This document shows positions 1 through 12,900 of a DNA stretch of 64,000 nucleotides, piece by piece. Position 1 is the stretch's first letter, and each line of letters starts with the position of its first letter. The DNA is taken from NCBI GenBank assembly GCA_030704615.1, contig CM060733.1:69440001-69504000 (forward strand). Direction: 5' to 3'. The DNA is from Takakia lepidozioides. Taxonomy: Eukaryota > Plantae > Bryophyta. Under the pieces are notes generated by a model. It was not told the DNA's origin. It did not search any database and worked only from the letters and a program-made list of their open reading frames with translations. The position numbers were made by a program, and so were the translations under genes.

Positions 1-935
1 GCGGATGCAGCATTTGAGGAAGACATAAAGAACACAGAGGGGGAGTTTCTCTCCAACAAATGGCTGCACATCTACGACGGGAATCACAGGTGGTATGCTT
101 GGATGGAGGTCATACGCGAACAGCACGCAGACGACGCGAGTTGGCACTACCGGGTGAACGCCAAGATTATGGATGGGAAGAGTTCCGATCTGGGCCTCAT
201 ACGGCGTGCAATGAATCATATGAATGTGTGAGTTTTTATCTCCTCTTCTGCTCACATGAGCATAGGTATAGGGTTTAGCAATTCGGGGATGTCGTTTGCA
301 TGGGGTTGCAGGTCTTGCATAAGCAGTCCCAGTGGGTGCTTCGTGGACCGATTCATTAATTAGACGTGTAGTGTGAGATGAAGTCGGAAGTATTACCTGG
401 TGGGAGGGAGTTCAGAGAAGATGCCCAGAATGCCTCCGTTGACAACTGCCTCGCTAAAAGTATGGTCTGCGCCGACTATACCATGGAGCCCACCCTAAAC
501 CCTAAAATCCCTGCTGAGTTTTGTAGGTAGTACTTTCTTTCACGAATTTCAATAAGGTCCATGGTCACATGAAGGTCTTGTTCCGTGCATTTTGTAGTGT
601 GACAGATCGTGGAAATGTGTCCAACGAGCTTCCGCACAAGCTATTCTACTTCCAGAAGTGCGCAACTACACCTGTTGAGCTGTACCAATCAGCTCTTCCA
701 GCGGACGTCTACGAGAAGTGCTTGAACAAGCGGGATGGGAACTGGATGACAATGCCGCGGGATGCCCTAATAGAGTATATGGGTCAGGAGGGATTCTGTA
801 GAATTAGAAATGCCTGCTTGGATGCCCATGCCCACCTGCCTGCCACCGCTGAGAACACCGCCCTCATCCGGAAGAAACTGGCAAGCAATTTCCAGGTGCA
901 CAGGACAAAGTGGTACACCAAAATCGCAAAATATT
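1..935 (+). pseudogene. Fragment of ParB/Srx-like cargo gene (copy A'), inverted near-identical duplicate of 5754-6689
   Basis: Frame 1 from base 1 reads ADAAFEEDIKNTEGEFLSNKWLHIYDGNHRWYAWMEVI...RRAMNHMN, then a GTGAGT donor at ~228. ORF 569-1009 matches ORF 5467-6120(-) almost residue for residue until KIAKY, where similarity stops. Confidence 0.8.
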
Positions 936-937
936 TT

Positions 938-2105
938 CCGGGGAGGGCAGGTCTGACCACCTGCAATGATAACAAGTGGCAGAGAGGAATCCGCAACTTG
1001 GCCGGGTAGACCATGCACCCTGCCAATGTTGCTGCGGGTTGCCTCCAACATCTTGGCAGCGGCCAACTTCATATCGGCCTCTGACATGACGTTTGTGCCA
1101 GGGGGGTTATCTGGAAGCCCACCAGGACCACCAAACCCAGCCTGTATGCTCCGGGTTTGGGGCTTGGGGATCTCCGGGAGGATGTCATCCTGGTCAGAAA
1201 AGTCCATCTCCTCCTCCCCATCTCTGACATGCACCGCCTGAAGCTCGTCGTGGCCTTGCATTGTGGGAAGTGCGTCTTCCCCTCCACCTGCCCCATGTCA
1301 TGGTGTGCTTGGTGTTTTCTCCCCACCCTCAGTATCCACCTTGTGAGCAATGGCACCTTGTAATCCCCGGTGCGTAGGTGTAACTGGCAACGTGACTCTA
1401 TCGGATGTCTTAGTGGCAGCAGGTGTCTTTGTGGCTCTCTCGCTTGTCAATGCATGTGTCCCTGCCTCTTCTCTAGCCTTCTCTTTGACCTTCTATCTTG
1501 CCCTCTTTTTTTTCCTCTCTCGGGCCTTCTGTTTCTTAGATGGAGTGGCTGTAGGTGACGCCTTGAGGTTAACCACGTTCGCCCCTGGGGAACTCACACC
1601 CTCGTGCTGTTTGGTGGGTGTTTTGTGTACCCCCCCCCCCCCCTCCGCAACCTCTGTTTGCTCTTTCACTGGGGATTGCATTTGCTTTGCCTTCTTCTTC
1701 TTCTTCTTCGTGTGGGGGGCCCCCCCTGCCTGTGCATCGACTTCATCTATGGGCGGATGCCCTAGCTGTTTCCGTCGCCCTGCACCTGTCATGCCGACGT
1801 TTGCAGCACCAACCTCCCCAATCCCTATTCGGGTGTATTCCCGCTCCATGGCCTCTCGTCCACCCAGAAATGGAACAAGTTTGTGTTTAGGTGTACCTTC
1901 CCGCCCCCACTTTGGCGACCCAAAAATGCGAACCCCAGAGTCGGCAGACTGCTATCGATGGCTGTTCGCTGTTGGTGTGACTACTCGTCAAGTTGGAGCT
2001 GTCAATGATACCACCACCGTGTCACGATCATCTTCACTCTGTCATCCCCAACCGGAGGGCCACCATCCAAACCAAAGCCAAAGTGGAAATGAGGGAGAGT
2101 CGTGA
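938..2105 (-). pseudogene. 5' low-complexity part of ParB-like cargo gene (copy C'), homologous to 16409-17530 and truncated just before the ParB core
   Basis: Shared peptides SDQDDILP.IP.PQTRSIQAGFGGPGGLP, MSEADMKLAA.KMLEAT, KKQKARER and VYPAKLRIPLC.L.SLQVVRPALPG; frameshifted. Confidence 0.75.
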
Positions 2106-2689
2106 GAGTAGTTAGGAAATAGTTGCATCACACGGCCACCGGAACTCTTCCGGAACATCCTCCCAACCCTCTTCTGCTAGTATGCTAGGGTCACCAAATA
2201 CTTCTCAATTCAAGTCTTGCCTTGACATTTTGATTTTCTTAGGGGGCGGTCCATGTTCATTGGGGTCATCTCTTCCATGACGGTCATCGTCCTGGCCCTC
2301 TGCCATTCTACAACAATCGGAGCAACACTAAACGAGGTTTTCTAAAAAGACGTAACTCTAAACCCTTCCCCCATTAAGTAGGTTTGAGTAGATGTCAAAA
2401 TAGTTCCTAAAAGCTAATTTTGTAGAATAAAATGATCCTGGAAGCCAGATGAGGGCCTTTGGGAGCATTCTGCAACGACCGCACAGAAATCGCGGCAAAA
2501 AATACCCCCCACCCAACCAATGGCCTCCTTCTCCACGTGACTGCGTGTCGTGGAATAATGAAATGCCACACACACATAAGTTGTGTGGAGAGGAAGTGAG
2601 GGGAGAATAAGCCTCCCTTGGCTTATATCCCCCCCCCCCCCCCCCCCGCCCTTATTTCTCGGGCCACGTGCAGGGCGAATCTTCTAGAA

Positions 2690-3064
2690 GCGACCGCCAA
2701 CTTGGCGGTCGCTCGATTTTCCGGAAAATAAAAAAATAAAGGACCGCCAGAACTGGCGATCGCTCCATTTTCCAGAAATAAAATAAATAAGCGACCGCCA
2801 ACATAGGCGGTCGCTTCATTTTCAAAAAATTAAAAAAAAAAAAAAAGTGACTGCCAACATAGGCGGTCGCTTCATTTTCAAAACATTTAAAAAAAATAAG
2901 CGACCGCCAACATAGGCAGTCGCTTCATTTTGAAAACATTTAAAATAAATAAGCGACCGCCAGCATAGGCGGTCGTTTCATTTTCAAAACATTTAAAATA
3001 AATAAGCGACCGCCAACATAGGCGGTCGCTTCATTTTCAAAAACTTTATAATAAATAAGCGACC
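2690..3064. repeat. Tandem array of hairpin GCGACCGCC-AACATA-GGCGGTCGC with A/T-rich linkers, 7 copies plus a half copy, ~53-bp period
   Basis: Stem starts at 2690, 2741, 2791, 2847, 2900, 2953, 3006 and 3059; the last four intervals are exactly 53 bp. Confidence 0.9.
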
Positions 3065-3490
3065 CACTTTCTCGTGATAACTTTGAAGGGCCCCGCTGGG
3101 CCCACGCATCTCCGAATTTCCACCTCTGTCTTGGCATCACCCTTGTAGAAAATAACAAGGCATCCGTCGTCCTTCAATAGGGATGCTGCCAGTGCCGAGT
3201 GCATGCGGGACAGTATCCTTTGACTTTGCATTCCAAGGGGGCACAATGTCATCTATGCCACATCCTCTGGTAGACTGCCCGTCTGGGAGATCCACCATTA
3301 CAAGGTCTGCCCCCGCTTTAGGGACTGTGCCACCCCTACGCAATGGCTCGGGGGAGCGGTGCCTCTCCAGAAACTCGTCGATATCTCCCCTAGGCTCTGG
3401 CCACTTACTCGTTGTTCCTTTGGATGCAAGCCTGCGGATGACCAACTGGAACCAATCGCACTTGAGGCATGCTACGTCTGTGTTTGGTAC
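3059..3490 (-). other. Putative beta-class N4C/N6A DNA methyltransferase-like domain, N-terminal half, truncated
   Basis: ADLVMVDLPDG resembles motif IV (DLI.TDPPY), LLKDDGCLVIF resembles motifs V-VI (VLKPDGSIYI) and FKVITRKW resembles motif VIII (GF....IIW). One frameshift near 3200. The SAM-binding motif I was not seen; the sequence is cut at 3059. Confidence 0.45.
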
Positions 3491-4213
3491 CCCTTCCCGC
3501 AAAGAGATAGCCTCGTAAAGCAGCACGATTGAGAGCTGCATGCCAATACCGTCACTTGTGTTTGCCCAAGCAGGGTTTCGAGAAGATCAATTCCTTCGCT
3601 CAATCTGGAAGTTGTGTACGGCGTCTGTAAACGCCAGTCGGTTGTCTACCCTCTGAGCACCATCTGTCTCATCCACACCCTCCACACCTTGATTGCCTGC
3701 AGGCCTTGTGCCGGGGGGGGTTGCCTGCCCTGTGGTGGGTGTCTTCTTTGGTTTCTGTTTCATTTTCCTTGGTTTCTTCTTGGCCATTGCTTCTTCTAGA
3801 GCTGTATTTGCTTGTTGCAGGTGTGCGGCAGCGACAACCCTCCTCGGCACCCTCTTCCGTCAATGGCTCCATGTGAGTTGGTGCAGCCAGTTCGTTCTTG
3901 GTGTACTTCTTATACACTTCCAGTTCAACGTCAGGAATGATATCGGTGGGCAAATCTAGCCACCAATAGCAAGGCAGATGCGTGACTTTAGCGTACTCGC
4001 CCAACTGCCTGCCGTTGTACATTGTGCAGTCGGATCGGAGGTTGGCCCACTGTGTGACACTGGCGGGAATACACCTGATATGCTTGTTGGCAAGCAAATA
4101 AAAGTTTATATACCTGTTGCAGTGCACGAAAAGTTGACGTCAGGACAGACATTGGCTTGATAGTAATGAGAAGTGTAGGATATAAAACCAAACCTTTTGG
4201 TCTCTCACCAGAT

Positions 4214-5075
4214 GTAGTAGTCGGCAGCGACTATGATACCAAATAGTTTGATGGCAGTGTCATAGTCGGTGACGACTACGACTCCTAACTGTGGGTTAGC
4301 CAGCCACCCAGCTGGGCGATACCGGAATAAGGGTGTACATTATACGACATGGATTCGAAGGACCCACCACAGAGTCGTTGCCGACTATGGAATTGAGTTA
4401 GTTTTTAATTTGCAGGCTAAAGTCACGCCCTTCTTGCAATAGTCGACAGCGACTGTGATTCCGTAAAGGGCAAAAACCTGTGTCATAGTCGCTGGCGACT
4501 ATGACCAGGCCAACTTTGGGTATGACAAGGCCGGCTTTCTATAGTCGTTGCCGAGTATACCCAATGGATACCCTATACCCAATGGCTACCCTATATTGAA
4601 TTGAGTTGGTTTTTAATTTGCGGGCAGTAGTCACGGCCCATTAGCAATAGTCGGTGGCGACTATGACCAGGCCAACTTTGGCTACGAGAGGGCTGGCTTA
4701 CTTTAGTCGTTGCCGTCTATACCCAACGGCTACCCTATATAAAATTGAGTTTGTTTTGAATTTGCGGGCAATAGTCACGGCCCTCTTGCAATAGTCGGCA
4801 GCGACTATGCACTCCCAAAGGGCAAAACCTGTGTCATAGTCGGTGGCGACTATGACCAGGCCAATTTGGATACAACAGGGCCGGCTTGGTATAGTCGTTG
4901 CCGACTATACCCAATGGCTACCCTTTACCCAATACCCTATACCCTACCCTATACCCAATGGCGCCTTTCTTTAGTCATTGCCGACTATGAGTACAATGTC
5001 TGAGCCCAATAGTCGGCGCCAACCACGAGCAACAACACTACTGCCGACTACCGGAATATTTGTCGACTACAACGA
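4214..5075. repeat. Array of palindrome ATAGTCG-N4-CGACTAT (type A) inside an intron of cargo gene A
   Basis: About 15 copies, e.g. tagtcggcagcgacta (4218), atagtcggtggcgactat, atagtcgttgccgactat, embedded in duplicated ~150-350-bp blocks. Confidence 0.85.
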
Positions 5076-7559
5076 GCCTACATATTCTTTTTCGACCGCT
5101 ACTTCCCACACCCATTTTGCTGTATGGCATATGCGGAGGGTGGGTGAATTGCATTGACAATTATGTACCTGTACAGGAGCTTGCGAGCTGGTAAAGTTCC
5201 ACCAGGCTGCTCAGTAATTGGCCAACTGCGGGCAGGTCCATCCTTCATCTCGCACCAGAATAGCTCCTTCCAGAACTTGAGGCGGAAATCATCCACCCAG
5301 ACAGAGAGGGTCTTCAAAGTGGGAGCCTCTTCCTAGGTTGGCAACTGCAGGAACCCTTTCTCAACCAGCATGGCCAACTGCCGCTCTACTTCTTCCTTTT
5401 GCTGCGAGTCCACCACGTCAATTATTAGAGATGAGAAATTGCAATAACTGTAACATGAAGCCACCACTAATATTGCCAACATCTCACCTGGAACCACCAT
5501 GTCATTTTGTCGCACCACAAGCCAAACACTACATCTGTTGGAGCATGGGGGAATTTTCCATTTTTGCGGGTTGTCGAGTCAGAAATCCACAGCTTCAACC
5601 ATAAAATTTTCTCCTTCGGGCTGACCTCGCTCGTGGCAAGCATTTGCAACTTCTCGAGAGTCATTTCCGGCTTCTGGTTGACGGCAAGAGACTTGTAATG
5701 CGTGGTTATCTCAAAAAGAAAGCCAGTTCCCAGTGCAGGATCGCAGATTGAAGAATATTTTGCGATTTTGGTGTACCACTTCGTCCTGTGCACCTGGAAA
5801 TCGCTTGCCAGTTTCTTCCGGATGAGGTCGGTGTTCTCATCGGTGGCAGGCAGGTGGGCATGGGCATCCAAGCAAGCGTTTCTAATTCTACGGAATCCCT
5901 CCTGACCCATATACTCTATTAGGGCATCCCGCGGCATTGTCATCCAGTTCCCATCCCGCTTCTTCAAGCACTTCTCGTAGACGTCCGCTGGAAGAGCTGA
6001 TTGGTACTGCTCAACAGGTGTAGTTGCGCACTTCTGGAAGTAGAATAGCTTGTGCGGAAGCTTGTTGGACACATTTCCACGATCTGTCACACTGCAAAAC
6101 GCACGGAACAAAACCTTCATGTGACCATGGACCTTATTGAAATTCGTGAAAAAAAGTACTACCTACAAAACTCAGCAGGGATTTTAGGGTTTAGGGTGGG
6201 CTCCATGGTATAGTCGGCGCAGACCATACTTTTAGCTAGGCGGTTGTCAACGGAGGCATTGTGGGAATCTTCTCTGAACTCCCTCCCACTAGGCAATACT
6301 TCCCACTCCATCTCACACTACACGTCTAATTAATGAATCGGTCCACGAAGCACCCACTGGGACTGCTTACGCAAGACCTGCAACCCCATGCAAACGACAT
6401 CCCCGAATTGCTAAACCATATACCTATGCTCATGTGAGCAGAAGAGGAGATAAAAAACTCACACATTCATACGATTCATTGCACGCCGTATGAGGCCCAG
6501 ATCGGAACTCTTCACATCCATAATCTTGACGTTCATCCGGTAGTGCTAGCTCGCCTCGTCTGCGTGCTGCTCGTGTATGACCTCCATCCAAGCATACCAC
6601 CTGTGATTCCCGTCGTAGATGTGCAGCCATTTGTTGGAGAGAAACTCCCACTCCATGTTCTTTATGTCTTCCTCAAATGCTGCATCCGCTGCTTGCCAAT
6701 GTTCAGACCATGCATCCCGATCTCCTTGTTGGATTTCTTAGCTCTGTCCACTGTCGTCGTTGATGGAAAGTAGTAGTGATGCAAGTGCATCATTGTACCT
6801 GTCCGCCTCAAAATACAACTTGAGCTTGTTGATGCCTGGGCGCTCAACCATGCGCACAGTCGGGAGGGGCTGCATCCTGCATAATGGTATCCTTGGCGGA
6901 GCACCATTCCGCAACAAGTGCGAAATAGAACTCATTGTGTGGTTCATGGCACTTGTAGTGAGTGAGAGTAGGGCTTGCTTCCGCATGTCGCCAGTCAAAA
7001 CAACGTCCGCCAGAACACTGTCTTGCACACTTGCAGCATTTTGAGCAGGTCCGCCACCCTGTGCGCTCGTTGCTGGACCTGGTGATGCACCACTTCAAAA
7101 AACGGGGGAGAGGGGAGGACGATCCATCGATGGTGTGGCCGCTGTAGACACCAAACCGCCTTCCTGTGAAGTCGTTGATTTCTTACAAAGTTTCACTAAT
7201 TTTCTGGGAGGTCTAGCAGCCTCGCTGCTCTGTTGGGAGACCACTGTCCGCCCGCGCAGTATGCATGTTTGCGTGGGAAGCACAAACTCCCCCTCTTCCT
7301 CTGCTTGAGGCTCCATGACGACAACGTTCCCCTGCTCGAAAATAGAAAGTGAAGCCGAAGAGTCGGGCACCGCAGAGGAGAATCCGCATGACCGTATGCA
7401 CTGCCGAACCCGGAAAGGGATCAAAACCCGTCCTACGCGGGCCGTAACGTATGCCTACAAAATTGAGGTAGTGCCACGCAGCCGGCTACACGCCGTAACC
7501 GGACTATGTGCCACGTGGCCTGCGCCAAAATTCAAATAGCAATAACGGATGAAAAATGG

Positions 7560-8790
7560 AATCCCCCATCCATGGAAGCACGCCATCTGTTGTCATCCGA
7601 TGTGGATGTTAAATGTGCGTCAAATTAACTCCATCCAAACCTACATCAGAAATATGAGATGGCTGCCACATCCCCAAAATTGAGAAATAGCCTCCTGCCA
7701 CTCCGCTAGACGACTCAGTAATTTCCGACACGTGGCCTGGACTCCATCCAAATAGTTTAGGATGAGAAATATAAGAGGAATGAATGGTAAAATTTATGTT
7801 CAATCGAACGTTGTCAATGTCAATATCCGCGAATCTCTTCTGGGTGCAATGGGGGTCCGGGTTTGCATAACGTCATCCTAAATGGTATAATCAACTTCTA
7901 ATATCCGAACTCCATATCGGAACTTCATATCCCCAAATCTTAATATCCTCTGCAGGCTCGTGGAAGTTTCTGGAGGAGCAGAAATTATGAGTCACATAGC
8001 GCATATTCCGGATGTGAATGACTAAATCTAATTTGCAAATTAAAGAGTCTCTGTCTTGAAATATCACGGATTTTGACATAGCCAATAATATCACCTCAAT
8101 CACATGGTTTGTGGTATGGGAATGGAGGGACTGTGGGGAGGGGTTTTGGATCAGGGTCGGGTTGGGGAACTTGAGAGATTTGTCTCTCCGTTGTAGCTGG
8201 TTGGGTGGGAGATGCGGAGTGGTCCAGATGGCAGGGCATGCTCTTGTGGGTGGTAATGTGGGAACATTGTGTGTGGCTTTAGAACCAGGCTAGTGAACTG
8301 ATGGCATGAAATGTGCATTGTAGAGTTGATGAAGCGGAATCTTCTTTTGGAATGGCAGACTTCTGATAAACAGTGAGGATGCCAGCATCACGGGCTGAGT
8401 GTTCATGCTCTTGCTACACCTCCAGTGTGATTGAATTTTTTCCAACAGAGGATTATTTCTCCCGTGTGTATGGCATGATGGTTTAGTGTGTTACATGGTT
8501 TGTCCATCTGTCTTGCATAGGTTGATTTGCTTGCTTGCCCTTGCAGTGTAATGGATGCCTATGCCTATCCCTGAAGAGCTGAATTGGCAACCACACAGTC
8601 GGGAAATGCCATCCGCAAGAATTGGTCGGCACCGACCATACACTATAATGCCTTTGAAGTGGATGTGTTCACTGTCTTTAACTCTGTAAATTTCCACGAA
8701 TTTCAATAATTCCATAAGGTCGATGCTGACTTGGATATCATCGACTGCCTCCATGTGGCGCAAACCGCCACAACATCCACCAAGCACATT
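7560..8790 (-). other. Possible decayed accessory coding region of unknown function between cargo gene A and the type A array
   Basis: Several consecutive minus-strand ORF pieces with protein-like composition (8491-8787, 7891-8103, 7609-7803); no recognisable motif. Confidence 0.25.
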
Positions 8791-9190
8791 TGTCGGCGCC
8801 GACTACACCCTCACAATGCGGGAAATGGTTTTAATTTCAACCGAGTATCTGAAGGTCGGTCCCGACTACAAGCACATTTAAGCCAAAAAATCTATTGGAA
8901 GGCAAATTTGTGCGTTCGTACGGAAGTCGGCAGCGACTACAATGCATTAATGGAAAGCGCTTGTCGATTTAAGCAATAGTCGTTGCCGCCTATTCCGTTC
9001 GCAGGCCAATTTGCCAAAAAAGCCACATGAAATGAACATCTTTAGCGACCTTGGCAGATCTGTTGGCCGACTTCAACAAAAACTGGTATAGTCGCCAACG
9101 ACTACTCCGATTTGTCTTCCAATTCAATGTAAATCTGCCTGATCCGTCGCCGGAATTAATTTAAACTTTATGAAGTCGGTACCGACTACG
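8790..9190. repeat. Second cluster of type A palindromes (AGTCG-N4-CGACT), upstream of the transposase-like ORF at 9473
   Basis: gtcggcgccgacta (8792), gtcggtcccgacta, agtcggcagcgacta, atagtcgccaacgacta, agtcggtaccgacta (9175). Confidence 0.8.
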
Positions 9191-9472
9191 GAAGAAAACC
9201 TGTCCCACTAACTATTTCACAATGTTCATGCCTTTCAAATAGGCATGGTCGGCAACGACAATAAGGCATCCCCCTGTGGCGTAGAACAAATTCAGATAAA
9301 GAGAAGGTTAATGGTTGTTTCGAAATGGCCGTTGCCAGCTGAACGTGCCGCCGCCAGTTGTTGCGCAGACAATTTTCATCCGACCTAAAATCCATTAAAT
9401 ATTCCTTTTGCATTTATTTCTTACCGTTGTTGACGTACAGTTTGTTAGGAAATCGTAAACTGCGTTGCATGC

Positions 9473-9870
9473 TTGCAACAGGTCATGTGCACCTCATCTG
9501 CCCCAGTGCTCACACGTTGTGTAGATTCGGCAGAGTACTCCAGTTTGCACGTCGGAGTCCCGGACAGCGACCCAGGCTTGAAGCAGCCGAACATGGAACA
9601 GTTCGTGAGGCTGCAATGTCCACCGTCCTCCGATCTTGTGAAGGTGAAGGCACAGGGAGACCAGGTGTTCCTGCTTGACAAAGTAATACTTGGAAGATTT
9701 AATCTGGACCCTCTTTCTCTTGTTGTTGAGGTGGAGGACGTCAGTGAAGGGGGCGTCACCGAAACCCGCATCTTGGATCCAGTTCGAGACGCCGAGAACA
9801 AGTCATGGGTTCTGCCATTTACAGGTGAGGTCGTATACAAAGTATTTGGTGTCCGAGCTACATTTTTTAC
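9473..9870 (+). pseudogene. Truncated N-terminal domain of a GCM-MULE transposase paralog
   Basis: LQCPP....AQGD...LDKVILGRFNLDPLSLVVEVE...KSWVLP...VVYKVFG aligns with VYCPP....CRGD...MEKYLCVRYHLKPGSVFLEEE...REWRVP...VIYRAVG at the start of ORF 20075-21691. Confidence 0.6.
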
Positions 9871-9918
9871 TTACAAGGTGTATACACTATCCATGTACAA
9901 TGCAATGGAAAGATGGTA

Positions 9919-12900
9919 CCTGAATAAAATCCACCTTCTCCCCACCTGTTTGTTGTTCCCAATCATTGCCTCTGAATGGCCCCTTTGGCAATGAGAACTC
10001 TCTATGAAACAACTCATTGAAATGAGTCATCTTCCATGTATCCATATAGTCTCCCAGACTCTCACTCTCTCCTTCCTCCAAGGCAACATGAAATTGGCCA
10101 AACTGAGTGGTGTACAAGGCAAACTGAGCCAAGGCAACCTTGCGAAGCTGCCAGAAAATACAGTCAGTTAAATAACTATGTTAATGTGTCATCAACAAAA
10201 TGAATTAATTGCATTGAGAAGATAGTGATTGTATATGTACCTGCCACCAAAAAGTCCTTCTATTCAGCCAAGGATCAAGTGTTGGCCCACTGATAGGCCC
10301 GGGTGGAAAAAAATTACGGTCATGAAGTGTTTGGTCTCCATTCCATATATGTAGCCATTCCACCTTTTCTTTAGGATCCACCCGGGCGGTAGCAATGTTC
10401 ACCATTTTCTCTTGGGTCATTTCCTCTGATCCTGCCTTTACACGTGACCAATGCAATTTAAGTTCTTGGAGAAACCCCTCTCCAAGGGTTGGATCAGCAA
10501 TAGGAAGCAACTTCACAAGCTGACTCTTGTGTTGCTCCCTTGCTTTCAATCCAGCCCGTCTCATTGTATCTTCAGGGCCCTCTTGACTCTTTGGCCCCTC
10601 AGCAAGTTTGTAAGCTTCCCCCGCCATGCGTTGGGCCTCAACAATATCATGCTGCCAAAAGAACCAAAACAGTTCATAACATGAACCAGAGGTGAATCTT
10701 GTCTATGGATGCAAAGAATGAAACTTGGTTAAGACATGATGTTACCTTGTACAAAATCTCTGTCATTGCATGGACTGTCAGGTTATACCAAGTCTTTCCT
10801 GCTTTCTTGATGCATTCGTCGTATTGCTCTTTCCTCAATACATAAGGCCAATCATATTGACCTTGCAAACCAAGTGCACAAATTTGGATGTAACATGTGC
10901 CCTCTCTGTTGCCCTGCACATATAAAATATGATCATTAGAAAGAAGATGTGTATATGTACATCCATTGAGCAAGAACATGACAACATTGAACATGAAAGT
11001 AAATGAAGAATAGAAAGGAAACTCACACATTCACTCCATCCATGATGGACCTGAGGGAATCATGATTTTCAATGTCCGCATTGAGCACCCAACTTGTCAC
11101 ACAGACATGTCTTGACAAGTTGGCCCCATGAACTTCATTGATATAGGGATACCATGCTTGAAGCCTATGATTCCCATCCCAGACATGAAACATCTTCCCC
11201 CGAAGATGATGCAACTTTGGCTTGGACTCAAGATACTTCTCAAACTCATCATTGACTGTTTTCCAATGACTATCCCATGTAGAGATGATATCAGGACCTA
11301 CATCTATAGTAGATCCATCAATCCCCTCAACAAAAACATAGAACACGGCTGCTCCTGGATGGTATCCAGAATAGAAGTCTCCTCTAAGCTTTAGGATGTC
11401 GTTGGCAAGGGCGGGCCTAACAACCTGTATAGAAATCATGCGACGCAATGGAATGTCCATAACTCCATCCTCAATGAGGAGGGACCTGAAAGTTACATTC
11501 AGATCTTGTTTCTTTTCCAGAATAATTGCCTGTTTGGCATCTAGAGAAAGAGGATCACTAGATGTTGTATCCTCTTCATACTCATCTGCCCCCCAATTCC
11601 CTGCATCAATGTCGTCAATAATGGTTGCAAGCGTCCCGGCCTCCACAGCTTCAGTTGTAGTAGTAATTTCCTAATTCCATAGACCAAAACAGTTCAAGAT
11701 GTCAGTGTATGAGAAGAGCACATGTGTGAATGTATAATATGTAAAAAGAGCAGTTCAGTGTCATGGTTGCATGAAGAAAACAAATGAATTTGGATAGTCA
11801 ACTAATTCCATGAATATCTTTGTCTTTCAAAGCTTATAACTTGGAGCAGAATACAGGCCTGAGCATCCCGACAGAGGACCTCCGACCACCTACGCCGCAT
11901 ATGACACATATGTGCAACCAACTCAAAATTTGACAAGATTTGAGGCCCTTGAAGAAATTTTTGCTCAAGGAGCTCCAAGCATATGCGTCGGCGCATACCA
12001 TGGAAGGGAGGTTGTAGCCAAACATACATGAGCACCTTGAAAGATCAAACTAGGCCTATGGAAGCATGTGGAGTTGTGGAGGTGACAACGTAGAAGCTTT
12101 GAGATACTTGAATACTGTGATCAACCAAAATAAGGAAGGTTCCCCAAGCATCTGCGCCGACGGAGGTGGCAGCCTCGACACTTTGGAGCTTACGTAACAC
12201 AAGGAATATACAACAAAAAACCAAGCTCCAAGCATCTCCGCCGGCGGAGCTGCTTGCATGAGGTTCCTGAAACCTAGGAGCTAAGCAAAAAAAGATTGTG
12301 CTCAATGGGTATGCGCCGGCGGATATGGCAGCCCAGCCCGCTCGGAGCATCAACAACTTATGAGAATGCGGAGAAACAAAAGAGATGGAAGGGGGGAAGA
12401 ACTTCCTGAAATATGTGAGCAGCCTTGCTGCACGAGTCTGCGTTGACAGAGGTGGCAGCCTTGGCGCTTTGGAGCTTCCGTAACACAATATGCAAAAAAA
12501 CCCAAGCTCCAAGTGTCTCCGCCGGCGGAGACGCTTGCAGGAGGTTCCTGAAACCTATGAGCTCAGCAAAAAAAAATGTACTCAATGGGTATATGCCGGC
12601 GGATATGCCAGCGCAGCCCACTCTAAGCATCAGCAACTTTTGAGCATGTGGAAAAACAAAGGAGATGGAAAAGGGGAGAACTTCCTGAAACATTTGAGCA
12701 GTCTTGCTACACAGGTATGCGCCGGCGGATACGCCAGCCCAACCCGCTCGGAGCATCAGCAATGTATGAGCATGCAAAAAAATAAACGGGATGGGAGTAG
12801 AGGAGCACTTCCTGAAACATGTGAGCATCCCAGCTCCAACGGTATGCGCCGGCGGAGGTGGCAGCCCAGCCCTTCCAAGCATCAGAAAAAACCAAGGGGA

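Larger units (their letters stand above)
3059..7316 (-). pseudogene. Multi-exon cargo gene copy A: ParB/Srx-like domain, helical region and amino-methyltransferase-like C-terminus; disrupted by stops and frameshifts
   Basis: ATG at 7316; RIPLCRM..VR....INKLK then HIYDGNHRWYAW (~6610); downstream exons YEKCLKKRDGNWMTMP...ICDPALGTGFL...WWFQ and FWKELF...KLLYR; a phase-compatible intron 5168-4116 joins LYR|YINFY; ends in ADLVMVDLPDG...VPPWN...LLKDDGCLVIFY...VITRKWV. Confidence 0.65.

Noticed and set aside
2105-2360. Possible remaining C-terminal end of cargo gene A beyond the hairpin insertion
   Set aside because: The minus-strand peptide (YVFLENL...EEGWEDVPEEFRW) is plausible but has stops and no diagnostic motif, so it was not called.
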